Below, in pieces: positions 20,183-28,869 of a DNA stretch of 64,000 nt; within the stretch, counting starts at the first letter, position 1, and each line of letters starts with the position of its first letter. The position numbers and the translations under genes are program-made. The stretch is from NCBI GenBank assembly GCA_029782295.1, contig JAKOVB010000168.1, positions 169,250-233,249 on the forward strand, in the 5' to 3' direction. The notes under the pieces are model-generated. The model was not told where the DNA came from, did not search any database, and saw only the letters and a program-made list of their open reading frames with translations. The DNA is from Pseudomonadota bacterium. GTDB lineage: Bacteria > Pseudomonadota > Gammaproteobacteria > Burkholderiales > Methylophilaceae.

Positions 20183-20416
20183 TTATTTCTGTGCGGGTTG
20201 CAGCAGTTCGCGCTGTGAGCGCACGGCGGTGGCGACGATTTCCATCAGCCCCTCGCCGCCCTGCTCGACATGGGCGATGATGGCGGTGCGCATGCGCGGG
20301 TCCCAGAAGCGCTTCAGGTGGGAGGCGATGTCCTTGACCGCCTGGTCCTTGTCCGGTTCCGCTTCGAAAAACTGCCCGATCTGGTTGGCCATTTTGACCA
20401 GGTTCTCAATATGCAT
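20183..20416 (-). CDS. fdsD: NAD-dependent formate dehydrogenase delta subunit FdsD
   Basis: 77 aa, MHIENLVKMANQIGQFFEAEPD...HLKRFWDPRMR, the characteristic FdsD sequence. Last gene of the fds operon. Confidence 0.85.
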   Translation of the reverse strand: MHIENLVKMANQIGQFFEAEPDKDQAVKDIASHLKRFWDPRMRTAIIAHVEQGGEGLMEIVATAVRSQRELLQPAQK

Positions 20417-20443
20417 TGCGCTTCCTTGTCTCGCTGAAGTTGC

Positions 20444-21289
20444 TCAAGAAATCCGGTGGGGGTTTGCGTATACCACGTGACTGTTTTTTCGTGCGAAACC
20501 GATCAGGGTGAGGCCGGTTTCCCGAGCCAGGTCGATCGCCAGGCCAGTCGGAGCGGAAATGCTCGCCAGCAGGGAAATGCCGAACGATGCGGCCTTCTGC
20601 ACCATCTCGTAACTCGCACGGCTGGTGACGATAACGTAGCCCTGATTCACGTCCACGCCGCCGTAAGCCAGCGTGCCGATCAGCTTGTCCAGCGCGTTGT
20701 GGCGACCGACATCCTCCTGCACGTGCACGACTTCGCCGGACTGGCGGACCCAGGCCGCGGCATGCAGTGCGCCTGTCAATGCCTGAACCGGTTGCTGTCT
20801 GGCCATTTGTTCGAAGGCGTGGTGCAGGGAAGCGGCGGTGAGCAGGCAGCCTGCGCCGACCGGCGGTGGATGCCGCACCACGTGCTGCAGGTTTTCTGCA
20901 CCGCACAGCCCGCAACCGGTACGCCCGGCCATGCTGCGACGCTTCTCCTTGAGGGCGGCGAAGCGCTCCTGCGAGATCGTCATCTGGACTTCGATGCCTT
21001 CCTGTCGGGGCAGTATTTCCAGGTCGAACAGTTCGCGGCGGTCGGCGATGATGCCTTCGGTCAGGCTGAAGCCGAGGCCGAAAGCCTCCAGGCTCATCGG
21101 CGAGGCCAGCATCACGGCATGCGAGATGCCGTTATAGACCATGGCCACCGGAACTTCATCGACCACGTGGTCGCTCGCCCGGCTGAGTTGACCGTCCCGG
21201 CAGCGCTCGACCTCGACCGTGCGCCAGCTCGGCAACGTCACGGTCAGGTCTTCTTCCAGCGGCGCGGCCGGTGTTGCTGCGACCAGCAT
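20444..21289 (-). CDS. fdhD: Formate dehydrogenase accessory sulfurtransferase FdhD (FdsC)
   Basis: 281 aa. EVPVAMVYNG, GRTGCGLCG cysteine pair, GRHNALDKLIG, VTSRASYEMVQKA. Confidence 0.92.
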   Translation of the reverse strand: MLVAATPAAPLEEDLTVTLPSWRTVEVERCRDGQLSRASDHVVDEVPVAMVYNGISHAVMLASPMSLEAFGLGFSLTEGIIADRRELFDLEILPRQEGIEVQMTISQERFAALKEKRRSMAGRTGCGLCGAENLQHVVRHPPPVGAGCLLTAASLHHAFEQMARQQPVQALTGALHAAAWVRQSGEVVHVQEDVGRHNALDKLIGTLAYGGVDVNQGYVIVTSRASYEMVQKAASFGISLLASISAPTGLAIDLARETGLTLIGFARKNSHVVYANPHRIS

Positions 21290-21292
21290 GGC

Positions 21293-24160
21293 CTATTGCG
21301 CCTTGATCGGTTCGCGTTGTTTCATCAGGTCATCCTGGCGATCGCTGAACTGGCGGTAGCGTTGCTGCCATTCCGACGGTTGCGACACCTTGACCACCTG
21401 CACCGCAGTGACCTTGTATTCCGGGCAGTTGGTCGCCCAGTCGGAGTTGTCCGTGGTAATCACGTTGGCACCGGAGAACGGATGATGGAACGTGGTGTAA
21501 ACGACGCCCGGCTGCATGCGCGTGGAAATTTGTGCGTGCAGCACGGTGTCGCCCGCACGGCTCTGGATGCCGACCCAGTCCCCGTCCTTGATGCCGCGTT
21601 CTTCCGCGTCGTGCGGGTGGATTTCCAGGATGTCTTCCGGATGCCATGCCGAGTTGCTGGTCCGGCGTGTCTGCGCCCCGACATTGTAATGCGCCAGGAT
21701 GCGGCCGGTGGTGAGCAGCAGCGGGAACTTCGGCGTGATCTTTTCATCCGTCGGCACATACTGGGTGACGAAGAACTTGCCCTTGCCTCGCACGAACTGC
21801 TCGGTATGCATGATAGGCGTGCCGTCCGGCGCCTCTTCGTTGCACGGCCACTGGATGCTGCCCTGGCGGTCGAGCTTGTCGTAGCTCACGCCGTGGAAGG
21901 TCGGCACCAGGCGGGCGATTTCGTCCATGATCTGCGACGGATTGTCGTAATGCATGTCGTAACCCATCGCCTTGGCCAGCATCATCGTGGCTTCCCAGTC
22001 GCCGTAGCCGCCCAGCGGCTCCATGACCTTGCGGACGCGGGAAATGCGGCGTTCCGCATTGGTGAAAGTACCGTCTTTCTCCAGGAAGGAGGCGCCCGGC
22101 AGGAATACGTGGGCGTACTTGGCTGTTTCGTTCAGGAACAGGTCCTGCACCACGACGCACTCCATCTGCTCCATGGCCGCGATCACGTGCTGGGTGTTCG
22201 GGTCGGACTGCACGATGTCCTCGCCCTGGCAGTACAGCCCCTTGTAGCTGCCGTCCAGCGCGGCATCGAACATGTTGGGGATGCGCAGGCCCGGCTCCTT
22301 CTCGAGCGTGACGCCCCATGCCTGCTCAAACTCTCCGCGCACGACATCATCCGATACATGGCGGTAGCCCGGCAGTTCGTGCGGGAACGAACCCATGTCG
22401 CACGAACCCTGCACGTTGTTCTGGCCGCGCAGCGGGTTGACCCCCACGCCAAGCCGGCCGATGTTGCCGGTGGCCATGGCCAGGTTGGCGATGGCCATCA
22501 CCATGGTCGAACCCTGGCTGTGCTCGGTGACGCCCAGGCCGTAGTAGATCGCCGCGTTGTCGGCGGAGGCATACAAGCGGGCCGCCGCACGCACCTCTGC
22601 AGCAGGGACGCCGGTAGCCGCTTCCAGCGCCTCGGGCGAGTTGCGTGGTTCGGACACGAAATTCTTCCAGTCGATGAAGGCCTGCGTTTCGCAGCGCTCC
22701 GCGACAAAGGCGTCGTCCACCAGGCCTTCGGTCACGATCACGTGTGACAGGGCGTTGGCGATCGCGACGTTGGTGCCCGGCCGCAGCTTGAGGTGATGGT
22801 CTGCGCGGATGTGAGGCGACTTCACCAGGTCGATGGCGCGGGGGTCTACGACGATCAGCTTGGCGCCCTCGCGCAGGCGGCGCTTCATTTGCGAGCCGAA
22901 CACCGGGTGGCCATCGGTCGGGTTGGCGCCGATCACCATGATCACGTCGGCCTGCATTACCGAGTCGAACGTCTGGGTGCCGGCGGATTCGCCCAGGGTC
23001 TGTTTCAGTCCGTACCCGGTCGGAGAATGGCAGACGCGGGCGCAGGTGTCGACATTGTTGTTGCCGAAGGCGGCGCGCACCAGCTTCTGCACCAGGAAGT
23101 CTTCTTCGTTGGTGCAACGGGAGGAGACGATGCCTCCGATGGCGTCCTTGCCGTATTTGGCCTGGATGCCCTTGAAGCGCTCGGCTGCGAACTGGATGGC
23201 TTCCTCCCAGCTCACTTCACGCCAGGCATCGCTGATGCGGTCACGGATCATGGGTTTTGTGACACGGTCCGGGTGGCTGGCGTAGCCCCAGGCAAACCGG
23301 CCCTTCACGCAGCTGTGGCCGTGGTTGGCCTGGCCGTCCTTGTTTGGCACCATGTTGATGACCTGGTCCCCCTTCATTTCCGCGACGAATGAACAACCGA
23401 CGCCGCAGTAGGCGCAGGTGGTGACGACGCGATGGTCGGGCTGGCCGTGGGCGATGACGGTCTTTTCCATCAATGTCGCCGTCGGGCAGGCCTGGACGCA
23501 AGCGCCGCAGGACACGCATTCCGAATCGAAAAAGGCTTCGTTCTGGCCGGGGGAGACGCGCGATTCGAAGCCGCGACCGTCGATGGTCAGCGCGAAGGTG
23601 CCCTGGGTTTCCTCGCAGGCCCGCACGCAACGGTTGCAGACGATGCACTTGGACGGGTCATAGCTGAAATAGGGGTTGGAAGTATCCTTTTCGCTCTTGA
23701 GATGGTTTTCTCCGTCGAAGCCGTAGCGCACTTCACGCAGGCCCACGACGCCGGCCATGTCCTGCAGTTCGCAGTTGCCGTTGGCGGAACAGGTCAGGCA
23801 GTCGAGCGGGTGGTCGGAGATATACAGTTCCATCACGCCCCGGCGGATCTCGGCCAGCTTGGGGGTCTGCGTATGCACCTTCATGCCCTTGTCGACCAGC
23901 GTCGTACAGGAGGCCGGATAGCCGCGACGGCCTTCGATCTCGACCAGGCACAGACGGCACGAGCCGAAGGGTTCGAGGCTGTCCGTCGCGCACAATTTGG
24001 GAATCTGCACGCCGGCTTCTGCCGCTGCGCGCATCACCGACGTGCCGGCGGGGACGGTCAGGGTGATGCCGTCCACCTCCACCTCCACCAGTTGCTCCGA
24101 AACCCGTGCAGGTGTCCCGTAATCCGTACTGCAACCACCACCGCCACATTGACATGCCAT
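21293..24160 (-). CDS. fdsA: NAD-dependent formate dehydrogenase alpha subunit (Mo-bisPGD, Cys-type)
   Basis: 955 aa. N-terminal 2Fe-2S and 4Fe-4S domains (CATDSLEPFGSCRLCLVEI, CIVCNRCVRAC, CVSCGACVQACP). Active-site region TCARVCHSPTGYGL has Cys where FdnG has Sec. Confidence 0.95.
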   Translation of the reverse strand: MACQCGGGGCSTDYGTPARVSEQLVEVEVDGITLTVPAGTSVMRAAAEAGVQIPKLCATDSLEPFGSCRLCLVEIEGRRGYPASCTTLVDKGMKVHTQTPKLAEIRRGVMELYISDHPLDCLTCSANGNCELQDMAGVVGLREVRYGFDGENHLKSEKDTSNPYFSYDPSKCIVCNRCVRACEETQGTFALTIDGRGFESRVSPGQNEAFFDSECVSCGACVQACPTATLMEKTVIAHGQPDHRVVTTCAYCGVGCSFVAEMKGDQVINMVPNKDGQANHGHSCVKGRFAWGYASHPDRVTKPMIRDRISDAWREVSWEEAIQFAAERFKGIQAKYGKDAIGGIVSSRCTNEEDFLVQKLVRAAFGNNNVDTCARVCHSPTGYGLKQTLGESAGTQTFDSVMQADVIMVIGANPTDGHPVFGSQMKRRLREGAKLIVVDPRAIDLVKSPHIRADHHLKLRPGTNVAIANALSHVIVTEGLVDDAFVAERCETQAFIDWKNFVSEPRNSPEALEAATGVPAAEVRAAARLYASADNAAIYYGLGVTEHSQGSTMVMAIANLAMATGNIGRLGVGVNPLRGQNNVQGSCDMGSFPHELPGYRHVSDDVVRGEFEQAWGVTLEKEPGLRIPNMFDAALDGSYKGLYCQGEDIVQSDPNTQHVIAAMEQMECVVVQDLFLNETAKYAHVFLPGASFLEKDGTFTNAERRISRVRKVMEPLGGYGDWEATMMLAKAMGYDMHYDNPSQIMDEIARLVPTFHGVSYDKLDRQGSIQWPCNEEAPDGTPIMHTEQFVRGKGKFFVTQYVPTDEKITPKFPLLLTTGRILAHYNVGAQTRRTSNSAWHPEDILEIHPHDAEERGIKDGDWVGIQSRAGDTVLHAQISTRMQPGVVYTTFHHPFSGANVITTDNSDWATNCPEYKVTAVQVVKVSQPSEWQQRYRQFSDRQDDLMKQREPIKAQ

Positions 24161-24171
24161 GATGCTTCTCC

Positions 24172-25725
24172 TTACGCAGCCTGCTCAGTTTTTTGCAGAC
24201 CGAAATCTTCCGGAAAATGATTGAGTGCCGACAGCACCGGGTAAGGCGTCATGCCGCCCAGCGCGCACAGCGAGCCGTTCAGCATGGTGTCGGAAAGGTC
24301 ACGCAGCAACTGGATGTTGGCTGCGTGATCCGTGCCGGCGATGATCTTGTCGACCACTTCGACCCCGCGCGTTGAGCCAATGCGGCAGGGCGTGCACTTG
24401 CCGCAGGATTCGATTGCACAGAATTCCATTGCGTAACGGGCCATTTTCGCCATGTCCACCGTGTCGTCGAAAGCGACGATGCCGCCATGGCCGAGCACGG
24501 CCCACAGCGCGGCAAACGCTTCGTAATCCAGCGGGGTATCGAATTGCGATTCCGGCAGGAACGCGCCGAGAGGGCCACCCACTTGTACCGCCCGGATGGG
24601 TCGTCCGGTGGCCGAGCCACCGCCGTAGTCATACAGCAGTTCACGCAACGTCACCCCGAATGCTTTTTCGACCAGTCCGCACTGCTTGAGGTTCCCGGCC
24701 AGCTGGATCGGCAGGGTGCCGCGAGAACGGCCCATGCCGTAATCGCGGTAAAACGCGCCGCCCTTGTCCAGGATGATGGGGACCGATGCCAGTGAAATCA
24801 CGTTGTTGATGATGGTCGGCTTGCCGAACAGGCCTTCGATGGCCGGCAGTGGCGGCTTGAAGCGCACGATGCCGCGCTTGCCTTCCAGGCTTTCCAGCAG
24901 CGAGGTTTCTTCGCCGCACACATAGGCCCCGGCGCCGCGCCGCACTTCCAGATGGAAGGTCTTGCCGCTGCCGAGGATGTCCGTGCCCAGGTAATTGTTG
25001 GCGACGGCAACATCGATGGCTTCGTTGAGCGCCTGCAGGGCATGCGGGTATTCCGAGCGCAGGTAAATGTAGCCCTGCGTGGCGCCCACGGCAATGCCGG
25101 CGATGGTCATGCCCTCGATCAGCACGAACGGGTCGCCTTCCATGATCATGCGGTCGGAATAGGTGCCGGAGTCGCCTTCGTCAGCGTTGCAGACGATGTA
25201 TTTCTGGTCGGCGGGGGTGTTCAGTACCGTGTTCCATTTGATCCCGGTCGGGAAAGCGGCGCCACCACGACCGCGCAGCCCGGAATCAGTCACTTCCTTG
25301 ACGATGTCTGCGCCGCTCAGTCCCAGTGCGCGCTTGAGGCCGCGGTAACCGTCATGGGCAATATAGTCGGCCAGCGAAACCGGGTCGGTGATGCCGACAC
25401 GGGCAAATGTCAGGCGTTCCTGCTTCTTCAGGAAAGGAATTTCAACCGTCAGGCCCAGCTTGAGGGCATGGTCGCCCGCTTGCAGGAAGTTCGCGTCAAA
25501 CAGGCCGGCGACGTCTTCCGGATTGACCGGGCCATAGGCGATGCGACCTTTCGGGGTGGCGACCTCGACCAGCGTTTCCAGCCAGAACATGCCACGCGAG
25601 CCGTTACGCACCAGCTCGATCGTCACGCCACGTTTGGCAGCTTCGTTCGTGATGGCCTTGGCCACGCGGTTTGCCCCGAGGGAAATCGCGCTGGAGTCGC
25701 GCGGTACGAAAACCTGAATGCTCAT
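24172..25725 (-). CDS. fdsB: NAD-dependent formate dehydrogenase beta subunit (NuoF-like, FMN/NAD binding)
   Basis: 517 aa. GRGGAAFPTG, GAGAYVCGEETSLLESLEG, ESCGKCTPCR. Confidence 0.95.
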   Translation of the reverse strand: MSIQVFVPRDSSAISLGANRVAKAITNEAAKRGVTIELVRNGSRGMFWLETLVEVATPKGRIAYGPVNPEDVAGLFDANFLQAGDHALKLGLTVEIPFLKKQERLTFARVGITDPVSLADYIAHDGYRGLKRALGLSGADIVKEVTDSGLRGRGGAAFPTGIKWNTVLNTPADQKYIVCNADEGDSGTYSDRMIMEGDPFVLIEGMTIAGIAVGATQGYIYLRSEYPHALQALNEAIDVAVANNYLGTDILGSGKTFHLEVRRGAGAYVCGEETSLLESLEGKRGIVRFKPPLPAIEGLFGKPTIINNVISLASVPIILDKGGAFYRDYGMGRSRGTLPIQLAGNLKQCGLVEKAFGVTLRELLYDYGGGSATGRPIRAVQVGGPLGAFLPESQFDTPLDYEAFAALWAVLGHGGIVAFDDTVDMAKMARYAMEFCAIESCGKCTPCRIGSTRGVEVVDKIIAGTDHAANIQLLRDLSDTMLNGSLCALGGMTPYPVLSALNHFPEDFGLQKTEQAA

Positions 25726-26201
25726 CGCTGTGCCTCCTTGACCTCTGCGAGGATCTGTTCGAGGCGCTCCGGAGTCACGCGGCCATAGACTTCATCATCG
25801 ACCATGATGGCCGGGGAGCAAGCGCAATTCCCGAGGCAGTAGATCGGTTCCAGGGTGAACGCCTGATCACCGGTCGTCTGGTGGAAGCCGACCCCCAGCG
25901 TTTTCCTGGCATGCTCGGTCAGTGCCTCGCTGCCCATGGCCTGGCAGGATTCGGCCTGGCAGATCTGAAGGGTGTGGCGTCCGGGCGGACTCTGTCGGAA
26001 GTAATGGTAGAAGGTGACGACGCCGTGAACTTCGGCGCGGGAGAGATTCAGTTCACCGGCAATCTGCGGGATGGCTTCCGGCGGGATATAGCCGATCTGG
26101 TCCTGAATGCCGTGCAGGATCGGCAGTAAGGCTCCGGGTCTGTCCTTGTTGCTGGAAACTGCTGCGTCGATAGCCTGCTGAGTCCTGTCTGACAGGGTCA
26201 T
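25722..26201 (-). CDS. fdsG: NAD-dependent formate dehydrogenase gamma subunit (NuoE-like 2Fe-2S)
   Basis: 159 aa. LLPILHGIQ, CQAESCQAMG...CLGNCACSPA. Stop overlaps the fdsB start. Confidence 0.93.
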   Translation of the reverse strand: MTLSDRTQQAIDAAVSSNKDRPGALLPILHGIQDQIGYIPPEAIPQIAGELNLSRAEVHGVVTFYHYFRQSPPGRHTLQICQAESCQAMGSEALTEHARKTLGVGFHQTTGDQAFTLEPIYCLGNCACSPAIMVDDEVYGRVTPERLEQILAEVKEAQR

Positions 26202-26520
26202 GATTTCCTCGCTCGAGATGCCGGATGTGGCGTGAAGCCATTCCGTTTTTCTAATGGTCGGTTGGTGCTACTTGGTTCTGCAAAACGTTCCCGCATGGTG
26301 CAATGACATGATCGGAACAGCATAAAGCCATCGAACTGTGATCGTCAACGATCTTGGCGGTGTGGCTATTGCCCTGAAGCAAACAGCAAACTGAGAGGGA
26401 GGTCTCTTGCCCTGAAAATACTTACTAGTTAATTTTTGTGGCGTACCTATTTCACGACCTGATTTCCATCCCGCCGTAAGTGGTAGACCTGATGCTTATT
26501 TAACATAACAGGAGTCGGAC

Positions 26521-26851
26521 ATGAAGAAATTTTGTGCCGCTATATTGGCTGCTGACCCTGCAGGATGGGGGCACCATCAAGGAGAAACTTATCGTCTATC
26601 ACCAGAAGAAAAAATCATTCACCTGCGAAATCCTGGAAGGAGTTTTGCCGGTTAGCCACTATGTTTCAACCGTCAGCGTCAAAGCGGGCAAAGACGGCAA
26701 AACCGTGGTGGTCTGGCAAGGCAGTTTCAAGAGAAAGGACACTTCGGATTCGCCGGCAAAGAAACAGGGCGATGAAGATGCAACGAAAACCATCACAGCA
26801 GTATACAAAGCCGGTCTCGATACTCTGAAGAAGATCAGCGAAGCCAAGTAA
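26521..26851 (+). pseudogene. Remnant of an MxaD-like / SRPBCC periplasmic protein gene (signal-peptide codons out of frame with the C-terminal half; N-terminal half missing)
   Basis: ATG 26521 with an AGGAG RBS encodes MKKFCAAILAA... and hits a stop after 44 codons. The +1 frame (track ORF 26534..26851) encodes LTLQDGGTIKEKLIVY...LPVSHYVSTVSVKAGKDGKTVVVWQGSF...AVYKAGLDTLKK, which matches only the C-terminal half of roughly 170-aa SRPBCC/MxaD proteins as I remember them. Confidence 0.5.
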
Positions 26852-26870
26852 GCCGCAAATGGAAAATAAA

Positions 26871-26895
26871 ACGCCCCGTCATCGGGGCGTTTTTT
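26871..26895. terminator. Bidirectional rho-independent terminator between convergent genes
   Basis: ACGCCCCG-TCAT-CGGGGCGT hairpin followed by TTTTT and preceded by an A-rich run. It sits between stops at 26851 (+) and 26902 (-). Confidence 0.6.
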
Positions 26896-26901
26896 CTTGG
26901 C

Positions 26902-27702
26902 CTAATGCCTCCTTTGATCGACTTTTCTGCGCAAATTGATCTGAGGCCATATTTCGTCCGGGATAGTGGGGAGGCATTGGAAACCAGGTTTCGCGAATAA
27001 ATAGCCCTGGAAGAGGGTGACGCCTTCATCGGCAAGGGTTAAGCACTCTTCGGGGGTTTCAACGCCTTCGGCAATGACCTGGATGGATAGATCCTTGCAA
27101 ACGGAAAGAATGGCGAATACAAGCGAGCGTCGAACTCGATCCGAATTTATGTTCCTGGTGAGGGCCATATCCAGCTTGATGATGTCAGGTTGCCAGTCTG
27201 CCAGCAGGTTCAGTCCTGAGTAGCCTGCGCCGAAATCATCAATTGCTGTCGTGAACTTGTGTTTTTTGTATTCCGCAAAAATGTTGCGCAAGTGGTCGTG
27301 ATCTTTGACCTTCTCTCCTTCCGTAACTTCGAACATGATTCTATCCGTCGGGAAGTTCATTTCAGCCGCAGCTTCCAATGTGGCACGGATACAGGTTTCA
27401 GGCCTGTAAACGGCGTTAGGCAGGAAGTTGATGCTCAGCATGCCTTCCAAACCTAACTGCTTGGCATAATCGATGGCCTTGACTCTGATTGACTGATCAA
27501 ACCTGTAACGATTGCTATCGTTCAGTTGTGACAGGATGCTGTCGGCACCTTCATTGTTGATGCCACGGACAAGTGCTTCATAGCCAAAGATGGATTTGCT
27601 GCTGATGTCAACGATGGGCTGAAAAGCCATCGAGAAATCAATCCCGAGTTTCCTGGGGTCGCGGCATTCCTGACAGCCTACAGAAGTAAAACCTTGGCTC
27701 AT
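26902..27702 (-). CDS. Standalone EAL-domain c-di-GMP phosphodiesterase
   Basis: 266 aa with a full catalytic motif set: YEALVRG, N..., FEVTEGE, IDDFGAGYSGLNLL, IIKLDMAL, VIAEGVETPEE, QGYLF. No GGDEF or sensor domain. N-terminal CQEC. Confidence 0.9.
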   Translation of the reverse strand: MSQGFTSVGCQECRDPRKLGIDFSMAFQPIVDISSKSIFGYEALVRGINNEGADSILSQLNDSNRYRFDQSIRVKAIDYAKQLGLEGMLSINFLPNAVYRPETCIRATLEAAAEMNFPTDRIMFEVTEGEKVKDHDHLRNIFAEYKKHKFTTAIDDFGAGYSGLNLLADWQPDIIKLDMALTRNINSDRVRRSLVFAILSVCKDLSIQVIAEGVETPEECLTLADEGVTLFQGYLFAKPGFQCLPTIPDEIWPQINLRRKVDQRRH

Positions 27703-27899
27703 TGGATGGGTTCGGGCTCGTTACGTGATAGGTCGAAATTACATTAGATGATTCAAACTATCAAGCCTTTGGGATGAGCGGCTTGTTTGAGAATGATGGG
27801 ATGTGAGAAAGGTTTGAACCCGCCCAATGGAGCCTGCGATATTCTTGGCAGGGTATGGGGTAAACCGGGTGGGCGTCAGGCGAACACATTCATGAAATA

Positions 27900-27976
27900 T
27901 GGCGCGCCCGACTGGATTCGAACCAGTGACCCTTGGCTTCGGAAACCAATACTCTATCCAACTGAGCTACGGGCGC
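27900..27976 (-). tRNA. tRNA-Arg (anticodon CCG)
   Basis: Minus strand reads GCGCCCGTAGCTCAGTTGGATAGAGTATTGGTTTCCGAAGCCAAGGGTCACTGGTTCGAATCCAGTCGGGCGCGCCA. Acceptor stem GCGCCCG/CGGGCGC, anticodon loop UUCCGAA. Confidence 0.93.
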
Positions 27977-28077
27977 GTGGCGCGCAGTATAGCAAAATCG
28001 CACCTCGCTGTCCTTGTTGGACGGCGGTTAACGAGTATAATAACTCCACTTTCTTAACCATATACAGGAGCATCACG

Positions 28078-28218
28078 ATGTCTGCACACGAAGAGGATTT
28101 CCCGAAGACCACCGTTTCGCAGTTTCTGGCCGCCACACTGGCCGCCCTTTTTGCACCTGGTCTGGTTATTTTCATGATCATCAAGCTGGTGTTGGCCATC
28201 CAGGCAACCCACATTTAA
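28078..28218 (+). CDS. 46-aa single-TM mini-protein, paralog of the cytochrome c5 membrane anchor
   Basis: ATG 28078 preceded by ACAGGAG. MSAHEEDFPKTTVSQFLAATLAALFAPGLVIFMIIKLVLAIQATHI is about 74% identical (34/46, hand count) to residues 1-46 of the next gene. The DNA copies differ at many synonymous positions. Confidence 0.55.
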   Translation: MSAHEEDFPKTTVSQFLAATLAALFAPGLVIFMIIKLVLAIQATHI

Positions 28219-28233
28219 TTCAGGAACAGTTTT

Positions 28234-28800
28234 ATGAGCGCGCACGACCACGATTTTCCCAAGACTACCGTCACCCAGTTCGTTCTGGCCTTGCTGGGCG
28301 GTCTGTTTGCCCCCGGGCTGGTGATCTTCATGATCATCAAGATGGTGATCGGCATCCAGGCGACTCACCTGGTAGATGCGGATGCAGCGGTAGCTGAGGC
28401 CAAGGTGGTCGAGCGCATCAAGCCGGTGGGTGAAGTCAACCTTGCCGACGCCTCTGGCGCTGCCCACGTGGACAAGGCTGGCGAAGTGGTCGTCAAGGAA
28501 GTCTGTTCCGCTTGCCACGCTATTGGTGCCTTGGGTGCACCCAAGATCGGCGACAAGGGTGCATGGGGTCCTCGCCTGCCGCAAGGCTATGACACGCTGG
28601 TCAAGCACGCGATTTCCGGTATTCGCCAGATGCCCGCACGTGGCGGCAACCCCGAGTTGACCGATATTGAGGTGGCCGGTGCCGTGGCTTACATGGCCAA
28701 TCAGGCCGGTGCCAGTTTCAAGGCGCCCGAGCCCAAGGCGGCGGAAGCCGCGCCAGCGGATGACGCAGCCAAGAAGGCTGAACCCGCCAAGCAAAAGTAA
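28234..28800 (+). CDS. Membrane-anchored cytochrome c5-family monoheme cytochrome
   Basis: 188 aa. N-terminal TM anchor, CSACHA heme motif, IRQMPARGG Met ligand region, Ala/Lys/Pro-rich tail. Confidence 0.85.
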   Translation: MSAHDHDFPKTTVTQFVLALLGGLFAPGLVIFMIIKMVIGIQATHLVDADAAVAEAKVVERIKPVGEVNLADASGAAHVDKAGEVVVKEVCSACHAIGALGAPKIGDKGAWGPRLPQGYDTLVKHAISGIRQMPARGGNPELTDIEVAGAVAYMANQAGASFKAPEPKAAEAAPADDAAKKAEPAKQK

Positions 28801-28810
28801 GCATGATGAA

Positions 28811-28836
28811 AAACCCGCCGTCAGGCGGGTTTTTTG
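28811..28836 (+). terminator. Rho-independent terminator after the cytochrome c5 gene
   Basis: AAACCCGCC-GTCA-GGCGGGTTTTTT, 11 nt after the stop. Confidence 0.65.
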
Positions 28837-28869
28837 TTTCAGACGCCAGAACTCCTTCTTCCTCACATC

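Noticed and set aside
27805-27845. tRNA-like fragment (…GGTTTGAACCCGCC…) near tRNA-Arg that could mark an att duplication.
   Set aside because: It does not match the 3' end of the adjacent tRNA-Arg, and I could not build a T-arm or acceptor pairing from it. Probably coincidental.
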